Of a stretch of DNA of 64,000 nt, positions 39,801 through 50,733 are shown one piece after another. The number at the start of each line of letters is the position of its first letter. The stretch's first letter is position 1. The position numbers were made by a program, and so were the translations under genes. The notes beneath the pieces were generated by a model. That model worked only from the letters and a program-made list of their open reading frames with translations. It was not told the DNA's origin and did no database searches. Source of the DNA: Seison nebaliae (Eukaryota); NCBI GenBank assembly GCA_023231475.1, contig JALJEE010001982.1, positions 1 through 64,000 of the forward strand, given 5' to 3'.

Positions 39801-42778
39801 AATTGGAACATTTTCAAAATTTTCCTTATCAACGCAATTGGGAATTATCTCCCTTATCATTCAAATCGAATGATCTTCATTCACAATTAGACCATATCAT
39901 AAATGGGCCGTTGTTATCTCTAGATAATTTCCAATTGCAGAAATATAACGAACATTTATTGATGATTCAATCGATCAGTGACGACTTGATCAAACAGGAA
40001 GAAGAAATGACGATCAATATCGCAAAATCACCAAATCGAGTGTCGACGGCGAAAAGTTCGGATAGAACTTCGACGGTGAAAAGTGTGGAGAAATGTTCGA
40101 GATTGAATCATCGTTTAATTGACGTGGGCAGTTCTCTCTTTAAACTCGATACTCAATTACCGTTGAACATTCTGGAATTATATGAATGTAAATCGGATTA
40201 TTATTTATTTATGAATATTTATCAAAGATTACGACGCTTCTGGTATATCATTCAAAAGAGGAGACCGATCAATTCGTTTTGGACGGATATCAATCTTGTG
40301 AAACAGAAAAAAGAATTATCATATTTGAGGGATATTCGGTTAGTGAATTATCTTCAACATTTCCATCATCTCATTCTATCAGACGATCATTTGATAACGA
40401 AATTATTCTTCCATCACTCAAATTACTCATACGACAGATTAACCAAAAATTCACTTCCATTAATCAGTCGGTAATGGAGGACAATCTTCAATTGATGACG
40501 ATACCATACGTAACGGATCTGTTGAAACAGAAATCATATGTTTATCTCATCCTTCCTCCAACTTAATTTTCGAGTGTTTTAGATGCGAGAAATGTTGAAA
40601 CGGATCGATCTCATCATGATCGATTATACGGTGAAAGATCTTCAATCGACATTGCAACTGATATTGAACGAAAGAAATAATGAACAAGCAACTTGTCCCG
40701 TCGATTTATGGCATAATTCATCCGTTTTAAATAAATTCCATTTTATTTAATTTTTAATTTTTAGTTGGATGAGATTTATTCCATCAATTATCCGACGACC
40801 GTTCAAATGTTCGTGAATCATTTACAGGAAGATGAGACTATTGAAATGAATGAGAAGATGAAAAATCATTTGTCTTATTTGAGTCGTCTGATAATGAAAC
40901 ATGAGAGGGAGATGTTCACCAAGTCTCAATTTTGTTATATTTGAAATTTAATTATTTCTTTTCAGTTATACGTTATTCTATGAATCGTTATTAAATGAAG
41001 AGAAAGTATCGTTACATCGGCTCTCCACCAAACTCAGTCAGGAGAAATGTCATTCGATGGAAGTGGAGAAGAATTTCCAATGTCTCGTTGAGTTTCGGTT
41101 GGCTTATCTGGCGAAAGATCTCATCACAGGTTCGCCCCATTCTTTTTCCCATTTCATGTTGATTTTGTAGAATTGGCCATTTCGAAACATCAAACGAAAA
41201 GGAGTGGTACAGCAGCATCATCAGATACGAACGAACAAGATATCGAATTGAAACTTCGGAAAGAATATGGTGGAACGATCAATGATTTAGTTCGGACAAA
41301 TGGTCAACTTCGTTTCGAAATTGATCAAATGCGGTTTAATTACTTGTCAAATGTTCATTTAACGATTTGTTTAGGGAACGAACACATAATTGTTTAATGG
41401 AGGTGGTTGGTCAGGCGAAATCGGAAGCGATCGTCCAAATCGAAGGATTGAGAGACAAGTTATTAGCTGGCACACAAGAGAATTATATAAGTTTTTTTTT
41501 TAATTAATTTCTATTTATTCTATCTGTGTTGTCATTGAAGAGGACAGGTTGACGTCCTACGAGAAGCAATCGGAGAATAATTATTTGAAATTGCAAAATG
41601 AGAGGAATGAACAGAAGGACAACATTCGTTTACTGATCTATTTTTATCGATGGCGAATGAATGTCATCCGATTGGAGTATGACAAAAATTTGAAGAGTTG
41701 TATCAAACAATGTGAGGAAGTGAAACAACAGTCGTTACATCGTGAATTGGTCGCACATGAAGATCTGGTATTATACCGGTATCAGCAAACTATCCTTCAG
41801 AAGAAGTTGCGTGACGTTTGCGAGAAAGAGAGATTGCTGCAACAACAATTGCAGATGTATGAGAGTGAAACTATTCGTCAAAATCACATTAATCTCCAAG
41901 CGAAAAAGACGACCGAATGTTTCCACAATCTCAAGGAGAACAATATCGAAGTGTTAAAGAATGCATTGAATAATAAGGAGCAGGAGATTAATGAATTGGC
42001 ACGAGAGAAATTGGAGAAGGATAATGAACTTAAACTGAAATTGCAGAAAACGCAACAACAATTGACGAGTGAGAGACGGCAGAAAATGAAGGAGAAAATT
42101 ATGAAGAATGAAGCATTTCAGAAAGTGCACGAACTCAAACAACATATGGAACAAGAGAAACTTCAGAAGACATATGAACAAATAAAAAATCAGACGACGA
42201 GTGTCATCTCGAATGGAACGAAAAAAATGTCAATGGAACGAAATCGATCATCCTTATCTGACAAGACACTTCTCCTCAGTGCACGAGATGTGCTCAAACA
42301 GAATTTCAATAAAAACATTGAAAATACAGAAGAGATTTCCGGTCCGCTAAGACAGACAACATCCATGACCGATCACATGACTGATTATACGAATTCGCGC
42401 ACTACAATTTATCAGATACCGGTAAAACAATCAGCTTATCGTTATCCGAAATCGGCCAAGCCTTCCCTATCAGATTATCATGGTGATGATATGCGAAACA
42501 AATCTATCATCAAGCATGTTGCACGTCATCGCATCAAATATGAGAAAACGGTGGGAACACTTGGGAAAAAAGGACGGAGTAGTGTATCATCCAATCAAGA
42601 ATATTTAATTAGATTGTCGAACGAATTACTTCATTATAACAAAGACGCAAATCATAATACCAGTAACGATGATAATGATATGAATAAACATCAAAAGGAA
42701 GATGTGGAGAGTATCAATCAAATTGAAACGTTTTATACGAAGTTATCGAAAAAACTCCATAATAAATCGCTCACTTAA
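33856..42778 (+). CDS. CCDC162: Large multi-exon coiled-coil protein, CCDC162-like
   Basis: A chain of plus-strand ORFs separated by many ~45-60 nt GTT...AG introns. Motifs LMSFLLLRHLRMRD..ILNYFRSIQRTL, DRYAIIYDIW, YHAYLRHMKFEYG and LWYIPHYTELL, plus a long C-terminal coiled coil, resemble CCDC162 homologues from memory. Not all junctions were resolved. Confidence 0.6.
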
Positions 42779-43502
42779 TTTTACCATTTGTTAAATGTTC
42801 ACTATTTCTTGGTATGCGAATATCAGAACGAATTTCGAATAGATCCTCCTCTACTCTCATAAATTACACGTCACTATTAGAAATGTAATAAAATAATATT
42901 TCCACTTTTTATTTAATCTCCTAATTTCATTAAAATTTCAAAATTTAATTAGAATTCGCTCGAATTGAAAAATTGAAAAATTGTCAAAGAATTTTTAGTC
43001 GATAGGTAAAACGAATTAAATAATGAGCAATAGGAGAAGAATTGAAGATAATTTAATAAGAAATATGAAAGAAAATGATGAAATGAAATAAATTAGTAGT
43101 ATAATCTTGAGTATTAGGTATTATTTGTTGCACTTCCATCCACTTCTGAGAGGAGGAATGAATTAGAGATAACTTTCAGTAGTTTATTCACTTGAGAATT
43201 TCAATCAACGACACTCGTCCATCATTTTCTTTGTTTTTCATTTTCTTTCCTTGGACGAAACCGCAAAGGCTTCAAGGTCAAGACTTCTCGTCAAGACTTC
43301 CAGCCATGACCTTGCGCCAAGACTTCTCGTCATATCGACGTTGGTAAAAAGCGTAAGAGAAATATATTGAATGGAAATTGCGCGTTAGGCAGTCGAACGA
43401 CCAAATGTGACATTGTAGAAATGATGAAAAGAAGAAGATGGTTTTCAAATTTGGAAAATTATTGAAATATTTGGCTGTTTGGGAAGAAGGTGAATATTGA
43501 GA

Positions 43503-44691
43503 ATGCCGACAGCTTTCGATTTGGTGATTAACAGTATTAACATAAATGGAAACTATGAAGGATTACTTCGATTGATTCGATCGTTTTATTATTTGTCACT
43601 CTTCTATAAGAAGCAGCCGTCATTCTTGACGGAAACATGTCGTTCAGCGTACAATTTGATACATGAATTGAAAACGTTCCAATATGCAGTTCCATTGACA
43701 ACTTATCAATGTTCCATAAATTTCTTATTGAAAATATTGGAATCGATACAGATCTGGGTGGAATTTACACTTCGACGTTTCTTCACTCCCACTGCTCAAT
43801 ATATTGGAATTTTCCTTATAGAGACACTTAAATTGGGGTTGAGAATTATGATATATCCTTTTAAAGGACATCCAAAAAAAATGCGCAGTTTTATAACTCC
43901 CACATATACATTGGAAAATAAGATTTGTCAATTAACTCACTCGAAATGGAAATATGACGCTTTATCAACTCGTATTCCTCTCCCTAAACGACTTTTGTAC
44001 GATTTCCGATATTTCTCAATGAAATTCTTAGTACAACGTAAACAATTCCTTCAAAAACTCCTTTCTTTAATTCGCAGTCTCTATCTTATAAAACCGTTGA
44101 TTTATCGTTAAATTTTCTATTATTTTTTATTCAATAATTCAATTTTGACTTTTAACACAGTTCATTTGAGAGGAGTGCCAAAAGTATTGAGTGGAAAGAA
44201 ATCGAAGAAAAATGAAATCGTCTCATTATCCATCCTCTTTCTCATCGATTTATTACAGTTTAATTCGTTTTCATATTATTTATATCTTTTCAACATATCT
44301 CTCTCAGTTTATTCGGATCAATTCTACATTATTGGTCATTGTGTCTTAACAAGAATTCGGAAGTGAGTGAAGTTTGTGAAGCACGAAATTCTGTTGAAAC
44401 GGCGAAAACATCTTTACTTCAATATCTACTCAAAACGCCCATCAGTCTCGTCTTTACATGGTTTCTATAATCATGAATTTTCTTAATTTATTTCATTCTC
44501 TTTATTTTAGTTCATTATTGAAACGTTTCACATTTTTACCAGGTCTACGTGAAATCTTCTGTTAGTTCATGTTCTCTCTTCATCTCTTATATTATTCCGT
44601 TTTTTTAGTTTTCCTCATTCGATATTTAAGCGATTGTAGCACTATATATTCTTATGGTTGGCTACCGATTCCGATATTTAAAGATATTTGA
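43503..44691 (+). CDS. PEX16: Peroxisomal membrane protein PEX16 (multi-exon)
   Basis: LIRSFYYL..TETCRSAYNL, LLKILESIQIWVEF..IFLIETLKLGLRI, LYLIKPLIY, LLQYLLKTP and terminal TIYSYGW follow the Pex16 motif order. Four short GTT introns. Start codon uncertain. Confidence 0.72.
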
Positions 44692-44880
44692 ATTAATTTC
44701 AAAATAAATTTTTATATTTTAATTTTTTCACTTTTTAATTTTAAAATATTTACCTCTAATCAATTCACCCTTACAACAATGTTAGTGAATGGATGTTAAA
44801 TTTAAATTAAAAAAAAAAAGAAGAAAATTTGAAGAGATTTCTCTAAAAAATGAAACTAAATAAATTGATATAGTCACCAC

Positions 44881-45273
44881 TTACACTATCGGCCATTGCC
44901 ATTGTTGAGTGGAGGGTTTGGTGGCGATCGGTTCCCACGCTTTCCACGTAATCATCTGTCTCGACAATTGATATTCATTCTTTGTGGCTCGAATAATTTC
45001 GCTCATACTATCCGAATTCTCCGGTTTCGACGCATTCTCGTATCCACTGATCAATTTCTTCGTCAATTCTTCGACGTCCTTCTCCGTTTCCAACAGTTTC
45101 ATTTTCTCCTTTATCATATTTTCCGTTACCATTCGATATTTACAATCGATCGGCATCTTATCTGTATTTCTCAAGATTTTATTGTATAAAATATAAAGGG
45201 CATTGTATGGATTGGCATGAGTCGCTCCTTTCAACTGGTTAATTGCCGTTTTCATAACTACATAGTTGGACAT
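44881..45273 (-). CDS. NDUFA5: NADH dehydrogenase (complex I) subunit NDUFA5, intronless
   Basis: NPYNALYILYNKILR..MP..CKYRMVTE, SEIIRATKNEYQLSRQM..WKAWEP, C-terminal QWQWP. Confidence 0.9.
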   Translation of the reverse strand: MSNYVVMKTAINQLKGATHANPYNALYILYNKILRNTDKMPIDCKYRMVTENMIKEKMKLLETEKDVEELTKKLISGYENASKPENSDSMSEIIRATKNEYQLSRQMITWKAWEPIATKPSTQQWQWPIV

Positions 45274-45491
45274 CACTCCCCAAACGATTTGATATAGAAA
45301 GAAAAAAAATCTGAATTATAATAAATAAAAGTTTATGTTCCTGTAGAATGGTTAGAATGAGAGAGATTATGAGATAATTTAATGAGATTTTTGATCGGTG
45401 GGATAGTTAAATGTAGAGAAAGGATAATACTCCCAAATGGATAACATGGAAATGATGAGGAAGAAAAAACGGTTTTCAACTAATGTTCAAT

Positions 45492-47507
45492 TTAGTGACA
45501 ATTCAACAAATTCTTCAATTTCTCATTTTCTTTTTTAGTCGATCGCAATTCAGTGGCGAGTGTATCGATATTCGATTTCAACGTCTCGTTATTAGTGATG
45601 GAATCTTCTAATAATAATTGTAATTTATTTTTCATTTGAATTATCATATCTGTCGACGGTAATGATTTGTTCGTTAACGAATTGTGGGATTGTGAGCAAT
45701 TTCCAATTTCCGTCGAATCTGAAAACACTTTGATGATTCTTCCTTTCTTTTGGACTTCTTTCGTCAACTGATCAACGTGTTCATTAAGGAAATCGATTTT
45801 CTCTAATAATCTAATATTCTCCTTCTGAACGAACGTCATTTTCTTCATGACTTTCTCTTGCAATTTGACGTCCATTCCATTTCCTATTTCATTTACCGGT
45901 ATTTGATTGTCATTTGAAATATTCGTATTTGACGAAGTTGAAAGTGATGAAGATGAAGAATTTATCATGTTTCTTTTTCGTAAATCATTATTCCTCAATT
46001 GAATCAATTCCTTTCTCAAATCTTTACATTCCGCTTGATGTAATCGTTCATTGATGGTGAAACGATCTTTCACTTCCTCCAAATTCTGTTGTTTCTCTTT
46101 CAATTCATTTTTCAATTTCTCAATATCTTCTTGCAATTCTTCATTAATTATTCCTTCATCTACTTTCGTTTCTTCATCTTCCATTTCAATTAAATCCGTT
46201 TGACACATTTGATTTGTCATGGAAATTTTTCGTTTGGAAATCGTTTGAATATCATTATCATCTTCATTTATTTCAGTTAATGATGTTGTTGATTGTAAGT
46301 TAATGCCATTTTGGAGAGAAGATAATTTCAATCGATTCGTCGCATTCAATTCAGCGAGTTGTGCTGAATGTTGAAGTAATTTTCCTTCACGTTCCTCCGT
46401 CGCCAAAAGAGAATGTCGAAGATCATTATTCTCATCTTCTAATTTATTGATAGCGAGATGAAGTGCTTCATTAGCATCACGTTCTCGATCGAGTGCTTGA
46501 GAAATGTCATTGAATCGTTTAAGATCACGATGTAAACCATCGATTTGATTCGAAGCGATTTGATTAATTTTCTTATATTTATTCAATTCATTATTCATCT
46601 CCTCTTCTGTCACTTTTATTTCATTTAACTCTTTCTTCACATTTTTCAATTGTTCATTCGATTTCTTCATCTCTTTCTCCATCAAATAATATCGTTCCTT
46701 CTGAGTCTCATCAACCATCTGTTCTGCTTTCATTTTATTTAATTCTAATTGAAGAGATTTCCATTCGCCATTTCTCAATTTCAATAATTTATCTTGTTCT
46801 TCTTTCACCGTTTTTAATTGATTCATCTCATTCGTCGTATTCGTCAATATTCGACACTTGCTATAATATTCTTGTTGAAGTTGTTTCAATTCTTTCTGAG
46901 CGGAAACTAATCGAACTGTCATATCATGATTCTTTTTCTCCTCTTTTTCCAATTGACTTCGATATTTTTTCTCTGAATTAATTAAATCGATTCTTTCTTT
47001 CTCTTGTTTTGCATAACACATGACATTGTTCGTTTTCAATTGTTCAATCTCTTCTTGATCCTTCAACAATTGACTCTCCAATTTTCCACATTTCTTTAAA
47101 ATCAATCTCTCATTCAATCCATATTCGTCTAAACATTTCTCATAAAACTTTCTCATCGCCTCAAATAATCGATGAAGGAATTTCACTAATAAATCTTGTC
47201 CTTTATAATCATCGAATTCGTCAGGTAGAATGACATTAGCAAATTCATCCATCCTCTTTCCATCTCTCAATTCTTCAATTAATTGAACGAGAAATTCTAT
47301 TTTTGGAATTTGTTCCAATAACTCTCTCAATTTATTAATTTCACATTCTCCCATCAATCTCACTTTCTCCTCATATCGCTCTTCCAATATTTCCTTCCAA
47401 TTCTTCCCATCCATCAACATTTCCATCTTCAAATATCTCTCCACATCATCTATCGTCTCGTTCAATAGACATCTCACTTCTTCCATCGTCTCATTATTCA
47501 ACATCAT
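45492..47507 (-). CDS. CCDC186: Coiled-coil domain protein 186 (golgin-like), intronless
   Basis: 671-aa coiled coil with NVMCYAKQEK, LEKIDFLNEHVDQLTKEVQKKGRII and KLQLLLEDSITNNETLKSNIDTLATE, matching CCDC186 conserved blocks. Confidence 0.82.
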   Translation of the reverse strand: MMLNNETMEEVRCLLNETIDDVERYLKMEMLMDGKNWKEILEERYEEKVRLMGECEINKLRELLEQIPKIEFLVQLIEELRDGKRMDEFANVILPDEFDDYKGQDLLVKFLHRLFEAMRKFYEKCLDEYGLNERLILKKCGKLESQLLKDQEEIEQLKTNNVMCYAKQEKERIDLINSEKKYRSQLEKEEKKNHDMTVRLVSAQKELKQLQQEYYSKCRILTNTTNEMNQLKTVKEEQDKLLKLRNGEWKSLQLELNKMKAEQMVDETQKERYYLMEKEMKKSNEQLKNVKKELNEIKVTEEEMNNELNKYKKINQIASNQIDGLHRDLKRFNDISQALDRERDANEALHLAINKLEDENNDLRHSLLATEEREGKLLQHSAQLAELNATNRLKLSSLQNGINLQSTTSLTEINEDDNDIQTISKRKISMTNQMCQTDLIEMEDEETKVDEGIINEELQEDIEKLKNELKEKQQNLEEVKDRFTINERLHQAECKDLRKELIQLRNNDLRKRNMINSSSSSLSTSSNTNISNDNQIPVNEIGNGMDVKLQEKVMKKMTFVQKENIRLLEKIDFLNEHVDQLTKEVQKKGRIIKVFSDSTEIGNCSQSHNSLTNKSLPSTDMIIQMKNKLQLLLEDSITNNETLKSNIDTLATELRSTKKENEKLKNLLNCH

Positions 47508-47900
47508 CGCACTCCTATTGGAAGTAGTATGAATAAATTAAATAAGTTGCTCATATGAAGGCGAATTGATTTACTTCTTACAATTCAAAATAAAAAAAAC
47601 TTATACCAAATAAGTTGAAGCTTAAAATTCAACTTTTTTTTCCCCAAAAATTTTCCTTATTAATTTCCAATATAATTTTCTTCAACTTCAATCCAAACTA
47701 AATATAACATGAATTTTTTTTGAAGGATTATCATTAATCCTAATGAATAAGAAGAAAAACAAAAATCTTTCAATGGTTTATTCTTTCAAAGTGGATCTTT
47801 CATTTTAGTTTTCGTTTTTTCATAAATAAAAAAAATGTTGGTTTGATGGGAAATAAAACTTTTTCAAAATCACAAATTTCGTTACGTCACTTTTTCTTTT

Positions 47901-48248
47901 TCAGACTTTCATGGGAAGATATTTACTTTGATATTCCTTCAAGTCATGCGATAATTCTAAGAATTCTTTCGACGTCTTGTCCAGTTTGCCGAGATATTCC
48001 TTCAAGTCTTTCTCCAATTTCTTCAATCCTTCCTCCAATGTCGATTCTACTAACATATCGTTGACAACGATCCAACATCTCTTCTTCTTGTCCATCGATT
48101 GGAGATGAGTGAGAATGGAATTGTGCATGTAAACATTGCCTTGTAATGTTTCCATTTGTTGCAATGCATTACCGTGAACTCTCTTCTTTTCTTGAAAGAT
48201 TTTCACTCGCTCTGATAATTCATCAGCCGTTGCGCTACTAGTTGCCAT
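47901..48248 (-). CDS. PFDN2: Prefoldin beta-type subunit, most like subunit 2, intronless
   Basis: 115 aa helix-hairpin-helix with H..IL..L..MDKKKRCWIVVNDMLVEST, comparable to PFDN2 RKCYRMVGGVLVERT. Confidence 0.7.
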   Translation of the reverse strand: MATSSATADELSERVKIFQEKKRVHGNALQQMETLQGNVYMHNSILTHLQSMDKKKRCWIVVNDMLVESTLEEGLKKLEKDLKEYLGKLDKTSKEFLELSHDLKEYQSKYLPMKV

Positions 48249-48557
48249 TCGCTGAACTGTCTATATAAAAGTGAAAAATTCTGAGAAAGTAAATTGAAAC
48301 GATTAAATAGCATTATCGTCAGTTCTCCATAGAAAGAAAGAAGTCATATAAATATCAAATCATTCTTTTCATTAGGCCAACTATTGGAAATTGAAATCGA
48401 TTAATTTAATCGTTTAAACGTCCAAAGAACAACTTGTTTTATTTCCATTGAAACAATTATATTTCCACTTATGTTATCCAATCATTGTTGAGTTAGTGCT
48501 GTTATCTGATTGGCTACGAATGTTGAGAAGCTTCGAATATTCTAGAAGTGTGTGATT

Positions 48558-48592
48558 GAAAAATGCACATACATCCAACACCATTATAAATA
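48558..48592 (+). promoter_or_regulatory. GAAAAATGCAC + TATAAATA promoter-like module (copy 1)
   Basis: GAAAAATGCAC at 48558-48568 and TATAAATA at 48585-48592. The same pair recurs at 49901-49932. Confidence 0.45.
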
Positions 48593-48654
48593 TGAAAAAT
48601 AATTCAATTAAATTCCAAATTAGATTAATTCAGTGTAGTGATTCCAATTTCGTT

Positions 48655-48990
48655 TTAGTCAATGATCGATTATAGTTTCCCTTTCTTTGAGGTTCTATAG
48701 TCGATCGTTGTCATATATGAAGAGAATGGAGTTCATCCATCTAACCTCCCAACCAAAGCTAAAAGATGGATGATACATCTTCATTGGAAAGAAAAAAAAA
48801 GTTTCTTAGCTGAGCAACATCCTCCAATCAATGGGGTGAAACGTATATCGCGACAAAGGCGGTGATCAATCGCTGTCAATATTCTCCACTGCTTCATTAT
48901 CATCTGGAAGTGATAAAGATAACAAGCAACCGAGAATGGACAAATGATCTTCATAATCACCGAAAACGATTCAAATGGCAAGTGGATACA
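48655..48990 (+). ncRNA. Candidate structured non-coding RNA A (unidentified)
   Basis: Stems 48660-48675/48695-48710 (16 bp with two G-U pairs that form only on the + strand), 48733-48742/48764-48773 (10 bp) inside 48717-48723/48778-48784, plus smaller hairpins. No credible ORF. Confidence 0.45.
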
Positions 48991-49900
48991 ATTACAGAAT
49001 ACAGAATTACTATATCATTCCATTAACCGTTCTGTACAATCCGTAAAATCAATATTTTATTAACAATATTCAGTATTATCTCACAAGTCTCAATTAATAC
49101 GAATGATTTTACTCTTTTACTTATATATTATTAGTATTTTTATTATTATATTACTCCTCTATTTATTCAATAAAACAACCATATACCTCAATTCTCTAAT
49201 TCTTCATCTTCTTTTTTTATTCGTGATCGATTACTAATACATGTATGTTCATGCTTCTAAACATCTATTTCATTATCATTAATTCTTAGAAAAAGATAAA
49301 TTTTATTAAAATTTTTATTAAAAATAAAATGATTCATGTTGAGATACTCCAAAAAATAAATGTTCGTCATCAACGTTGTATTGATCTAGTAGAGGAAATA
49401 AAAATATAATTAGTTCAGCAACAACACAACGGTTAAATGGAAGATATTGATTGATATCGTAATCAGTACTTCTTAGAGAGATATTAGGTAATCAATTGAT
49501 ACATTTTCATGTATCATCAATGAAAAACACAATAAAATCATCATTCAATGAATTGTATAAAAGATACAAAAAAAAAAAACAAACGAACTAACCAAAGAAA
49601 GATTTGAATAAAAGAATAATGAAATATGTTTGTGATAAGAATGAGTGAATGATATTGTAATGGAGAACATGTGATAAATAGAAAAGTTTTAAAAGTGAAA
49701 ATATGTAGAATGTGTTTATAGAGATGTTGAATGATAATTAGAATTTGAAGCTTTTTCTTCGTTTCCGCGAATATGAATTTTTCTTGTTATTTACCATAGA
49801 CAGTTCAATAACCAATAATATTGAGGATAGTATCGGCATTTGGTTGGCAGTTGAATTAATTTATTTAGTCCTAAAATATTAATTAAATTAATATGTATGG

Positions 49901-49932
49901 GAAAAATGCACGTTCTATTACGACTATAAATA
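49901..49932 (+). promoter_or_regulatory. GAAAAATGCAC + TATAAATA promoter-like module (copy 2)
   Basis: GAAAAATGCAC at 49901-49911 and TATAAATA at 49925-49932. Confidence 0.45.
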
Positions 49933-49949
49933 GAGAAGAAGAATTCATT

Positions 49950-50494
49950 GAAAATCTAACCGAATACATAGAATTTACTCTTTTGTCCAAGTTTCTATTT
50001 TTCTTTTTTTTTTAAATTTTTCATAATTCTTTCCATTTTTTCTAGTTCTTCCAGTTGGACAAGGATAGACCCGGTATCAATACTACGATCATAGTACGAC
50101 TTGATCGTAGTATTGAAATGGAAACAAGTCGGGAGGTGCGATCAAATCTCCCGCTCACTTGGAAATCAAGGGATCCCCTACGTTCACCATCAAAGTGAGT
50201 GATGGTGAACAACTGGATAGAAGCGGTTGGGCCAAACGGCCCAACATTCCTGGCAATGTCGTTCTAATGAAATGGATGGGGATGGATGAAAGAAAATGAA
50301 AATGATTACCCATTACTGAAAGAATTAATGGATTCTTTTCAACCATTCATCATTTGAATGGTTACATAGAAATGGTATGAATAAGGTCGACTGCCCGTCC
50401 TCAGGCTGGAGTTTTACCAAAGTCTTCTTTATGGATTGATCATAACTCGGGATTGTAGACGAAAGGAAAGTTTCTTTCTTTCTTTCGTCTACAA
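49950..50494 (+). ncRNA. Candidate spliced, highly structured non-coding RNA B (unidentified; weak RNase P/MRP-like motifs)
   Basis: Six strong hairpins of 8-15 bp between 50077 and 50494, locally GC-richer than the flanks, a TATA box upstream, and a GTT...TAG intron-like segment at 49991-50045. No credible ORF. Confidence 0.6.
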
Positions 50495-50733
50495 ACGAAA
50501 TATATATTTAAACGTTCTTAGATTTTAAGTATTACCTATTTCTTTCCAAAATCAGAGAATACTGACAGCTCTGAAAAGAGGAAAAAATTTATTATCTACC
50601 TCACCACTTATTTACCTTCAATTTACCTCAAAATTTTTGATTATTTCTTAAATAAATTTCATATTATCCAGAAGAATCTTTTATTAGTGATTGGAAAGTG
50701 GATGAAGAAATATTTGAATTAAAAATAGAAAAA

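Noticed and set aside
48633..48639. GTGTAGT resembling the U2 branch-site recognition sequence
   Set aside because: The flanking U2 sequence (ATCGCTTCTCGGCC…, stem IIa, Sm site) is absent.
49951..49967. CTAACC as a telomerase template or variant U1 5' end
   Set aside because: Only a hexamer, with no clear 1.5-repeat template, no U1-70K loop and no Sm site. Kept only as a model to test for RNA B.
50155..50346. 63-aa minus-strand ORF over the hairpin cluster
   Set aside because: Short, no recognisable motif; the dense base-pairing is better explained by RNA structure.
50409..50422. GTTTTACCAAAG resembling U5 loop 1
   Set aside because: Lacks the invariant GCCTTTTAC and a closing stem.
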